From the NCBI GenBank assembly GCA_964016885.1, contig OZ024742.1, positions 90,086,001-90,150,000 of the forward strand: a DNA stretch of 64,000 nucleotides, read 5' to 3'. How positions within the stretch are numbered: position 1 is the first letter of the stretch; each line of letters starts with the position of its first letter. The position numbers were made by a program, and so were the translations under genes. Under the pieces are notes generated by a model, which was not told where the DNA came from, ran no database searches, and was given only the letters and a program-made list of their open reading frames with translations. The DNA comes from Eledone cirrhosa. Taxonomy: Eukaryota. Of this stretch, positions 41,147-52,741 are shown one piece after another.

Positions 41147-41691
41147 TGGCAGAAAAACCACCGTTCGGGTGGTTTTCTGCTAGCATTTGTGGTCCGAATA
41201 TATGATATTATACGCAGGTATATATATACATGTAGATATGAATCATCATATAAAATCGTAATTCACAATATACACAGAAATTGAACTAAGACAGCGTTAC
41301 ATTGTCTTATGTAATCAGTAACGTAATCCATGATACATTAAAAGATTATATTGTATATAAACTGCATTAGGAGAAAATTAATGACAGAAAATTAGTATGT
41401 TTATTTAAGCGATCGGCACGGGAAGTTTTGACATCACACATTCTTTCTTTCTCTATACATGGTAGTTGAATTCGTGGTGGTGGCGACAAAATACCGGAAG
41501 TGCAACTTTGAAAAGAAATCAATTTTAAATTATTTATTTTTACGATATTATTTTTGTATACGAAATTGAGTAGATAAATTATGTAATATTCATTCATTAT
41601 TTATTCAAAATAATCCAACTTATTTTACAAACGGGATAAAAAAAAATAAACCGTACGCAATCCCACATACTTTCCTTTATTATAATTAAGA
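41147..41691 (-). mobile_element. Non-autonomous Helitron, inverted relative of 39624-40150
   Basis: Reverse-complement homology throughout; minus-strand 3' CCAG|T and 5' A|TC. Confidence 0.68.
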
Positions 41692-41704
41692 TATATATAT
41701 AATT

Positions 41705-41990
41705 ATATTATTTCACCTCAATTGGGACTGCTCTCTTTAACATTACACCAAAAGACATCCAAAACAGAAAGAGACCTGATCAAGTTCAAGAAGTCTTTGG
41801 ACTAATTCCTTCAAGAAATCCCGGATAAGCCTCCTGCACACGGATATGCCTCCGTAAACAATAACTCTCAAATCGAGTGGGCCATGGTGCCCAAACCCTG
41901 ATGTGTAAGACTTTGCCAGGTGGTTCTATTAAGTTAGACATTGCTAAGGCCAATACTGGCCGAAATCTATCAAAGTTATGAAAGTTATAT
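41705..41990 (+). mobile_element. 3' end of a CR1/L2-like LINE
   Basis: FTSIGTALFN.. and KSLD*FLQEIPDKP resemble the CR1-group ORF2 C-terminus; short tail repeats (caaagttat). Confidence 0.55.
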
Positions 41991-42137
41991 ATTACTATTA
42001 TATATATATATATATATACATATATATACTTTTAGAGCAGAATACATACATAGAATATATACAAACATAAATATATTCATATAATTATATATATATTTAT
42101 ATATATATATTTAATTATTATTATATATATATATATA

Positions 42138-42521
42138 ATTGTTTCTACTTTAGGCACAAGGCCAGCAATTACCCAGTGCATTACTGGTACTTTATTTTAT
42201 CGACCCCGTAAGGATGAAAGGCAAAGTCAACCTCGGCGGGATTTAACTCAGATCGTAAAGGGACGTAACTATGCTGCAAAGCATATATATAATTTATGTA
42301 TATATTTATAATTACATATATATATATATAATTGTTTCTACTTTTGGCACCAGGCCAGCAATTATCCTAGTGAATTACTGGTACTTTATTTTATCGACCC
42401 CATAAGGATGAAAAGCAAAGTTAACCTCGGCGGGATTTGAACTCAGATCATAAAGTGAGGTAACTCTGTGCTTCAAAGCATGGCACCCAACCCTCTACAG
42501 ATACTCCCATTCCACCGCCCT
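42138..42521 (-). mobile_element. Two tandem SINE copies (42138-42283 truncated; 42331-42521 near full)
   Basis: Same sequence as 19240-19425. Confidence 0.85.
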
Positions 42522-42583
42522 AATATCTATATAATAATATATAGATATATATATATACATAAAATTATGTATATATATATATA

Positions 42584-42624
<41 letters not shown>

Positions 42625-42673
42625 GTATATATACATATATATATATGTATTTATGTATATATGTATATATATT

Positions 42674-42787
<114 letters not shown>

Positions 42788-42953
42788 GATATATATATAT
42801 ATGTATATATATATATTTATATATATATTTATATATATATATATATATATATGTATATAGATATATGTATATATATATATATATGTATATATATGTATAT
42901 ATATACATGTATATATATACATGTATATATATATATGTATATATATATACATG

Positions 42954-43061
<108 letters not shown>

Positions 43062-43290
43062 AAATTAAGATAAATCAAATGATTTTAATCTAAATCAAAA
43101 TTATGGGTGTCATGCCAGAAAGACATGCGCCATATCACCCGCAAAATAAGCTCTAAGATTCTAACGAGTAGGTCTGAGCATTTTACAATAACTAGAGATT
43201 GATTAAACATGAATAATCACAGGAGATAATTTTATAAGTGTGTAACCACACATAGCTAGGTAGCTAACTAAATAAAGTTGACCAGAACTT

Positions 43291-43333
<43 letters not shown>

Positions 43334-43499
43334 GCTAGGAACTCAAAATAGTCTCTTACAACAAAATACCTCTAAGAAAGAGAGATTTCCGAACCGTATA
43401 TTATAATAGAATATATATATAATTATAATTAAATATATACATATAAATATATATATATATATTCCCGCTGAATTTATATTTATATATATATATACATAT

Positions 43500-43862
43500 A
43501 ATTATAATAGAATATGAAAGAAAAAAGAACACAGACATATACATACATGCGTTCAAATCGTAACGGACCGGATTCGCTAAGATGAAAAGAATACTAACTA
43601 TAGACAATTGATCAGCTTGTATTAGTAATTCTATTCACAATTAACATTGCGAAACAACAAGCTGTCTGGCTGATTTGTTATTATCACAATTCCGGTTTGT
43701 ATTTATTTTCTTAATATTTTCTTAAATTGAGACAAGCAAACCCAATTGTCTAGAGTCAGTATTCTTTTCACCTTAGCGAATCCGGTCCCTTACTATTTGA
43801 ACACATATATATATATATATATATGTCTGTGTTCGTTTTTCTTTTATATTCTATTATAATTA
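43500..43862. repeat. Fold-back, ~115-bp diverged arms with ~130-bp spacer
   Basis: ataatagaatatgaaag...ggaccggattcgctaagatgaaaagaatact...agacaattg is inverted at 43743-43860. Confidence 0.8.
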
Positions 43863-43879
43863 TATATATTTATATATAA

Positions 43880-44260
43880 ACGTTTGAATATGTGTAATAA
43901 AGCCAAAACAATGCAGGTATGGACATAGAAAAAAGAATGCAATAGTAAAAGATATTGTTGAGAATTCGTCCTTTACCTTGAATTTATTTAAATGTCCTTA
44001 ATTTTCGAGATAATATCTCTTCTTCGGAGGGAAATAAAGGTCTCAAACCAGCGCCTTAAATCTCTAGCCAAGCTAGAGATTTAAGGCGCTGGTTTGAGAC
44101 CTTTATTTCCCTCCGAAGAAGAGATATTATCTCGAAAATTAAGGACATTTAAATAAATTCAAGGTAAAGGACGAATTCTCAACAATATCTTTTACTATTG
44201 CATTCTTTTTTCTATGTCCATACCTGCATTGTTTTGGCTTTATTACACATATTCAAACGT
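43880..44260. mobile_element. Palindrome with apparently perfect 189-bp arms and 3-nt spacer, each arm carrying a minimal HHR
   Basis: Centre tctctagc-caa-gctagaga (spacer 44069-44071); cct-CCGAAGA-a-gagata/t/tatctc-GAAA-at-TA-agg at 44110-44144 and its mirror near 43996-44030. Confidence 0.88.
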
Positions 44261-44263
44261 ATA

Positions 44264-44325
<62 letters not shown>

Positions 44326-44331
<6 letters not shown>

Positions 44332-45076
44332 CAATATCGGAGAAAGCTTTTTAGCGATACTCCGGCCAAATTCCAACTCACTCAACAAACATTAGGAAAT
44401 AAGTGATTATATTCCCAATTATGTGTTCGGGGTGCTAACTAAAAGTATTGCGTGGAAAATTGGCTGTATTATTTCAAATGAGACATATCTAATATATCTC
44501 TTCCCAGAAGGACGTCTCGTTTCATTATAGGACTCCTACAATTTGGGTGAAATTATACCAGTTTATGTAGGAGCTTGTATACCATCAATAGATATATATT
44601 CAAGTGGGCTCCTATAATTCATCAGTGGGTGCCCCAATAATACTAATATTGATAATCTAACCAACATCAGCATTTAGCGATAATCACTTTCTGTGCCTGA
44701 GGTATCTGTCAGGTAGCCAGTCCAGCAGTTCTGAAAGAAGTGCTCGAACTGATTCAAAAAATGAGGAAGTGAATTACCGCCAAAAAACAATACATGCGCG
44801 TGACAATGAATTCTGATAGGAATTCAGGCCACGTGCTAAGAACTCAATTGGAAATTGAAAAAATATCTCTGTGTGTACAACATTTGATGACACACACAGA
44901 TATTTTCTCGGGCAAAATAACAGAATGAGATATAAGGAACAATCAATATTCATTTATAAAAAATAAGCAAAGAAATGCTGACCTTATACCGGGAATTTTT
45001 TCAAATCTGCTGCGCCAAGAGTAAGTAAATAAATACAATATCGGAGAAAGCTTTTTAGCGATACTCCGGCCAAATA
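44326..45076. mobile_element. TA-flanked non-coding unit with ~46-bp direct terminal repeat
   Basis: aaatacaatatcggagaaagctttttagcgatactccggccaaat at both ends; decayed CTGATGA...GAAT on the minus strand at about 44590-44628. Confidence 0.65.
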
Positions 45077-45982
45077 TATATATATATTGTTATACTTGGG
45101 GAGGGTCCTTTTTGTGTAATAATATTGCCAGAATTAATAACAGAACACACTCAGCGAGAATATATATATATATTTATATATATATATATTTAATTATAAT
45201 TATATATATATATATAATTATATATATATATCATTTTATGTATGTATATATCATTTTATGTATGTATATATAATGATATATATATATCAATATATAATTA
45301 TATGTATATATATAATTATATATATATATATATGAAAAGTTTATATTTAATTTGTTGGGATACAACATGCAAAATATTTTTATAACTAATGTAAAGCACT
45401 CAACAAATTATTGGAGTAAATATACAATATATTAACAAATGGAAACTATATTTATAAAACCATATTTATTTCATTATACATATTTAAAGGGCCACCAAAG
45501 CAAACTATGGTGCGCTTTCATCAGATAAAATATAATATAGGTTAGTTTTATAAATAAATATTGTCATACACATAAAAAAATAAAAAAAAAAAATATATAT
45601 ATATACATATAATTACACACAAACAACGGACAACAGAGGCCACGTATTTTTATGTATATATATATATAATTACATATATAAAAAATTGCAGATGTGTAAA
45701 TCTCCGGGTAACAGAATCCGTTGCTGAAGAGAGAGATGTAAGAGAACATTTAGAATGAGATATATAGTGTGTAGAGGAACGTAGAAAATAGCGTAAAAAA
45801 TAAAAATAATAACACAAGATAGAGTTACCTTGGCAGAGATTTAATTGTCCCTATATTTCGGATTTCGCATCCATCAACTGGGGCTTTTCCGAGGGGGAAT
45901 GTTATCTGACGGAGAGGAACGGTACGTGGCCTCTGTTGTCCGCTGCTTATGTGTAATTATATGTATATATATATATATATAA

Positions 45983-47148
45983 TTACAAAAAGTTATGAAA
46001 CGAAAAGAGCTGTGTGGTTATTAAAACAACGTTTAAGATGGTGGTTAGGACTGAACAGGAGGAGAAAGGAAGAAAGGAGTTTCCATCGTCAGCTGTAAAT
46101 GTTTCCCGAACCGATGTTTCGGCGCTGAATTACAGGACATCGGTGTATTTCGGGTGCGCTTGATGCCTTTTATTAATAAAAAGGCCATGTGGAAAAGGAG
46201 AGAGAAAGAGAGAAAAGGAGGAGAAAAAAGGATAGAGAAAAGGAAAGAGAGGGAAGGAGGAAGAACAGGAGGGGATGAGGAGAGAGGAAGAGGGGGGGGC
46301 GAAAAAATAGGAAAGGAATAGGACAAAAAAGTGTACAGGTCCCATCGTGGGAAGACAGAGGTAAAAGAAACATGCAAAAAAGTAACCATGGAAAAATAAG
46401 GAAAGTAAGTTGTGGCCAACCTGGGAGACTTTGCCTGGGGGTCAGCTACAACTCAGAGCTGGTATAAGCGTGCTGCCTCTCACATAGACAGGAGAAAGTG
46501 AGAGAGAGACACGGGCAACCAAAAGTGAGGAGGACAAGGGAAAGGGAGATAATCCAGAAGAGGTTTTTTTACAACGGTGGTAAAAACGAGCCGCAAAGAT
46601 TGCGGACAGAGAGGCCACCACGGTACGTGTAAATATGTCAACAATCAAAACTGAGGAAAAACGAGAGTGAGGAAGAGAGGGGAAGAGTGAAGGGAGGATC
46701 TATGCGAAGTGTGGAGGGAACACAGATCGTTCAAAGCAGGTAGGGTCACAGCGGTAAATACAAAAAGTTATGAAACGAAAGAAGTTGTGTGGTTACTAAA
46801 ACAAGGTTTAGGATGGTGGTTAAGACGGAACAGGAGGAGAAGAGAAGAAAGGAGTTTCCATCGTCAGCTGTAAATGTTTCCCGAACCGATGTTTCGGCGC
46901 TGAATTACAGGACATCGGTGTATTTCGGGTGCGCCCGAGGCCTTTTATTAATCAAAAGGCCAGGTGGAAAGGAGAGAGAAAGAGAGACAAAAGGGGGACA
47001 AAAAGGAGAGAGAAAAGGAAAAAGAGGGAAATGAGGAAGAAGTGGAGAAGGGAAAAGGCGAAAAAATAGGAAAGGAATAGGAGAAAAAAAAGTGTACAGG
47101 TCCTATCGTGAGAAGACACAGGTGAAAGAAACATGCAAAAAAAGTAAT
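45983..47148 (-). mobile_element. Non-coding unit with ~390-bp direct repeats (45983-46386 and 46759-47148)
   Basis: tacaaaaagttatgaaacgaaa...acatgcaaaaaagtaa is repeated; an ~88-nt core is identical in both copies. Confidence 0.75.
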
Positions 47149-47158
47149 TTATATATGA

Positions 47159-48550
47159 CAAGCAGTTTAGCCCGGCGTTGCTCGGGTTTGTTCATTTGCA
47201 ATGAAAGCTTTCATACGGGTAAACGTGGCTTAAAAGCGAATAAGCTTATCAATTGAGTGCATAAAGCAGTTGAAACGGTTATTAAAAGTTACGAACCAAT
47301 TAGCATTTTTGACAATCAATGATGGGTTAATAATCTTCCAATAGCGAATTTAGCAGACCAAGGTTGCAAGCTGGTGGCCCTCATGCGGCTGGGTGTCAGA
47401 TCTGTCCGCCATGGGTGACCCTACCAGGAAATAATTTTCCAGACGGCATAACTCCAACACCTCCAACACCTGCACCAACATCTATAGCACCTCGTTGTAG
47501 ACGATATTGCGTGTCATCCCTTGAGCAGTGTAAGCAAAAAGTCTATTCCTGCTCCCTACGCGGGAATAGGCAACATAAAGTTGGGCATTGGAGAAGCATC
47601 GCTCCCCCAAATGGATGCCCGCCACCGACAATGTTTGCCCTTGTGACTTATTAATGAACATGGCAAAACATGGTCTCACCGGGAATTGGGATCGCCGGAA
47701 ATCGAACGGGATATCTGACGCCGAGGGGAAAAGGTTCATCCTTACAGTGTGTTCGGTAGAATTGCCAGAAGTACAACACTATGTGTGTTGTCATATTAAT
47801 ATTTAACCAATTAAAGTCGTAAAAAATAAATAATTTAAACATTCCGATTCATATGTTATATGGAGTGTTATTTTGCGGGTTGTTATTTGCAATAAGCCGA
47901 TTTAAAATGCCCCCGAAAACCGTATGACTCCCCCATTGGTTAAATTATAGAGAGCGGGAATAATCTATTATAGAGAGAGAGAAGAGCGACGGAGAGAGTA
48001 AAACTAAGAAACTATAGGGACATGTGTAAAACAGTGTTGTCTTATAGAGAGTCAAGAGCGACAGAGAGAGTAAAGTAGGTAAATATTAGAGAGGGGGGAT
48101 GATCTATTATAGAGAGAGGGGAGAGCGACGGAGAGAGTAAAGCTGTTTGTTGTTGTATAAATTGATGTGTTGCTTAGTTTTCAAAATTTGTGTCGCGTTG
48201 ATAGGGTAGTAGAGAGAGGCATTAACCTTTTAAAGAGAGTTGCAGAGGGGAGTAGAGGGAGGGATGAATCTTTTAAAGAGAGTTGCAACATGTATGTAGT
48301 TTAATAGATTGTTGAGGGTAGTAGATAGAGGCATTAAGCGTGTAAGAGAGTATGTTACAAGATGTATTTAGTTTTATCGATTTCTTTCTAGAAGCAGGAA
48401 ATGTTTTGCAAAGTTTATTACGCGATGACCATCGCTGGTAAATTTGGAGCACATTGGACAAAAAATCATTAAAATTGGTAGAGAAATGTGGAAATGCATG
48501 AAAATCATACACACACAGATACAGACATCTTTGTTTTATATATATAGAGA
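47159..48550 (-). mobile_element. Internally deleted Helitron retaining the PIF1-helicase C-terminus
   Basis: QFPVRPCFAMFINKSQGQTL...QLYVAYSRV (47482-47739); 3' hairpin cccgagcaacgccggg then CTTG|T; 5' A|TCTCTATATATATAAAAC. Confidence 0.88.
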
Positions 48551-48745
48551 TTATATATATATTCATATATATTCATATATATGTAATCATACATATATAA
48601 TCATATATATATATATATATATATAATCATATATATATATAATCATACATATATAACCATATATATATATAATCATATGAATATATATATATATATATTC
48701 ATATATATATATATATATAATCATATGAATATATATATACATAAT

Positions 48746-48785
<40 letters not shown>

Positions 48786-48875
48786 TATATGTATATATAT
48801 ATATAATTATATATATATATATATATATAATTATATATATATAATTATATATATATAACTAAATATATATATATA

Positions 48876-48920
<45 letters not shown>

Positions 48921-48934
48921 ATGTGTGTGTGTAA

Positions 48935-49110
48935 AATGTAAACAGAAATAACAACTTAATCGGTACAGTATATGGAAGGTATATATTAGGTTAACGCTTG
49001 ATATAGCAGGAACGGGGTCTTAACGTTTCTGACGCTAGTCCTTCATAAATAAAAGAATGAGAAATAAAATAGATTGAGGGGACGGTCGGGATGGAATTGG
49101 AAAAAATGTG
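48935..49110 (-). mobile_element. Copy of the HHR-bearing 3' end found at 55670-55815 (HHR decayed)
   Basis: cggtacagtatatggaaggtatatattaggttaacgcttgatatagcagg...ttaacgtttctgacgctagtccttcat is the reverse complement of 55700-55800. Confidence 0.75.
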
Positions 49111-49276
49111 TTTAGATAAAAATAACAGGTCCATTCATGTTAACATCTCTTGCAAAATTGGTGCTGCTGGCGTTTTGTGTATGACTTGTTTTTTAGAAAA
49201 GTGGATGATAGAGCGCGTCTACCTGAAATGGATAAAAAACCGTTTTGTAAAAAGACCTATACTTGACAGGTGCGTA

Positions 49277-49347
<71 letters not shown>

Positions 49348-49379
49348 ACATGCATTGTACTGGGTCTACCTTGTTATAT

Positions 49380-50140
49380 ACAGTGAACTTTGGTTGTAGT
49401 TGTAGAATTTGTTGTTCTTTTCCACTGGTTATAGTGTTACTATATATGTTTAGTGATGCTGTTTGGTAGACTCTGTAGGTAATATGACATCTGTTATATA
49501 GACATTGTCGATCCTGTCAGGATATATTTGTAAATTTTTATTTTTTTTTTTTGTTTTTTGTCCTTCCTCTATCTTAATTTGTTATTGAAATGCTTATTGC
49601 ATTCGTTTTGAGCCTATATTGTTTCATGTCGAATGATATTCATGAGTTTATTTATCTCGTTTGGTATGGTGAGATTTTACATTTCGTTAACGTTAACGCG
49701 TTTCTGTTTCTAATGTTCAATAATTTGTTTACATGCTATTCGTTTCGTTAAGGTGCATATTAGGCGTTCGGTTTGTGTTTTTTTAGTAGTAAATTATTTA
49801 CTAGTTTTAAGAAGGTTACAGTGTATATTTTGAAGAAACAGTGCTTTAAAAAGCGAATTTGTTCTGTTGTTATTGTAGTTTTTATATAACAGAAAACAGT
49901 GACTTTTAATAACCTTTCAGCTTGGCATAAGCTGGTGCCGTGACGGTGATGAATTTGTTTTGAGAGGTTTTTGATATGAAATCGTGTGTCGAAACACATA
50001 TTATTATAATTGCCAGAGATAATAACAGAACACACTCACTGTTTGGTTTGGGTTGGTTTTCGCTTCAGTCTATTTTTTATTTCCATAGTTAATTTAAATG
50101 GCAATCAATGTTTTTCATTGATTGATCAACGGTTAAAAAG
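49380..50140 (-). mobile_element. Pseudo-LTR plus N-terminal ORF relic of a Neptune-type PLE
   Basis: cagaacacactcactgtttg is shared with 37565 and 45140; YNNMCFDTRFHIKNL matches MTLPKYNNIGFNTRFQIKNL at 34752. Confidence 0.65.
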
Positions 50141-50329
50141 AAAGATATATATATATATATATATGCAGAGGTTATATATATATATATATGTATATATAAA
50201 TATATATAGTCTATCAAATATATATAATTATACATATATATATGATTAAACATATATATATAAACGGAAATAATTGTTTCTACTTTAGGCACAAGGCCAG
50301 CAATAACCTACTGTATTACTGGTACTATA

Positions 50330-51143
50330 TAAACGGAAATAATGAAACGAAATTTCATTTCTCACTCTTAGTACGGCTGTTACTTAAATATAAGTATGTA
50401 TACGTACATACATATATGTATACAGACGTACAGTAGTATGTATATATATATACATACATGCACACATATATATATGTACGGATAGATTCACCGAACATTT
50501 ATTATAATGTTCGGTGTGTTTGTAAACAAACATCCCGAATTAGGCCGTACAGTGTCTAGCAACCATCGTTGCTCTTTTGTTCAACACTGACAAAGGAACG
50601 ATGTACTAGTTTCAAGCATATTAGCTATCGTCAGCAACGTATACCTTCGTGCCAGATGATTGAACGTCTGAAAGTATATACTTTCCTTATGCATATTAAC
50701 GGCTGAGCAGCCTAATTTGCATATCGTGTGAGTTCATCGGCTGTATACATATATGTATGTACGTATACCTACTTATAATTAAGTAACAGCCGTACTAAAA
50801 GTGAGAAATGAAATTTCGTTTCATTTTTTCCGTTTATCGTTTTCGGTGCGCCCGGCCGATTAACTCACTCGATGTGCAAATTAGGCTGCTCAGCCGTTAA
50901 TATGCATAAGGAAAGTATATACTTTCAGACGTTCAATCATCTGGCAGGAAGGTATACGTTGCTGACGATAGCTAATAAGCTTGAAATTAGTACAGCGTTC
51001 CTTTGTCAGTGTTGAACAAAAGAGCAACGATGGTTGCTAGACACTGTACGACTTAATTCGTGATGTTTGTTTACAAACACACCGAGCATTATAAATGTTC
51101 GGTGAATCCATACGTACATATATATATGTGTGTGCATGTATGT
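50330..51143. mobile_element. Two inverted family D HHR units (50330-50741 minus; 50742-51143 plus)
   Basis: HHRs at 50598-50640 (minus) and 50956-50998 (plus: acgttg-CTGACGA-tagct/aata/agctt-GAAA-ttag-TA-cagcgt). Confidence 0.88.
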
Positions 51144-52560
51144 CATCTTCTTACCCTCACAGGGTACAACCCCAGTAGCACGGACCGGGTCCGTAAACAC
51201 CACATGAAATTATTCCGGTATTTGGGTTTCAAAATCAGCCTACAGTCGTCCCTTACCCGCGTCAATTTTCTGGATGTTACATACAACCTGGAGAATCATT
51301 TGTACTACCCACATAGGAAACCTAATGCGAATTTACACTCTATCCAGCGCAGTTCTAACCATCCAAGCCACATTACCAATAACTTAGTAAAAAAATCTTC
51401 CTCAGCATATCTCGCTTGTCCGCAAGCGAGCAGATCTTCAACGAACACGTGCCATATTACAACTAGGCCTTCAAAAGAAGCGGATTCCTATTATCCAGTC
51501 CCTTCTAGCGGATCCAGCAGGTGACGCCACCACTCACGCCACGTAGCGTGGTTCAACCCTCACCACAATGCCGAGGCTGCAACACCAATTGGGAAGATCT
51601 TCTTCAGACTTCTCGATAAACAATTCTCACCCAACACCGCTACCACAATATCATCAACAAAAATACTGTTAAACTTTCGTCCAGCACTACACCCAACTTT
51701 GCACAAAACATTTCTTCATCTAACAATAAAAAAAATCCTCTCTAGCAGAAGAAATAACAACGATATTAGGAGTGATCAAACTAGGAGGTGTACCTGTCCG
51801 GATCGTGCCGCCATTGTGCTCCCACAACAATAGATGCCGAGGACAAAACGTGGTCTACCAGTGCAATATGAGGACAGAAAACTCCAACAGGCCTACATCG
51901 GATTAACCGCCTCCGATTTTAAGACCCAGTATTATTAACACCAACACCAACACACATTTAGAAACCCGACCCGGCGATACGCGGCAGCACTTTCTGGCCA
52001 TATATTGTACCTCCAAAACAACAATATTACCTACCATCTAAGTTGGAACATACTTTCCAAGACAAAATCCTACTCGGGTGGACGCCGTCCTTGCATTCTA
52101 TGCTCAGAGAAAACAATCCAGATGCTGTTTGCAAAGGCCCGACTTTTAAACAAAAATGATGAACTCGTTCCCTCGTGTAAATACAGAATACATAGGACAT
52201 ATCGTATCTTCAAACCCCCTCACGACCCAGGTGGGTAGACCTCGGTTGTATCTCCTTCCTAATTACAAAGTAAGTATATATATATATACGAAACCATGAT
52301 AGAGGTAACTAAATATGTTCACTTTTCTCCTAGTTTATTTTACACCTAATTCTGTTTAGTTGACTGTATATCTGGTCGATTTATACACGCTGTCGAAATA
52401 TTCGATAAATACTCCGTCGCAATCGCCGCCAAGGGCTGCTTTCAGTTATTTGTCGGATATTTCTTCATAGAAGCCTTTATTCTTATAGCTTGGTCTAATC
52501 GATTTTTTATATGGTTAATTATGGTAATTGGGAGAGGAAATGGTATATATTTTATCTGGT
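51144..52560 (+). mobile_element. 5'-truncated degenerate PLE (RT C-half + GIY-YIG)
   Basis: RVNFLDVTYNL...HRKPN...SNHPSHI, WFNP, YIGLTAS, YHLSWNIL...CILCSE. Confidence 0.85.
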
Positions 52561-52664
52561 GATTCTATAGACATGTTTTATGATATATATATATGTATAT
52601 ATACAGTTTTATGTATGTATATGTATATAATTGTATATATGCATATATATATATATATAATTTA

Positions 52665-52739
<75 letters not shown>

Positions 52740-52741
<2 letters not shown>

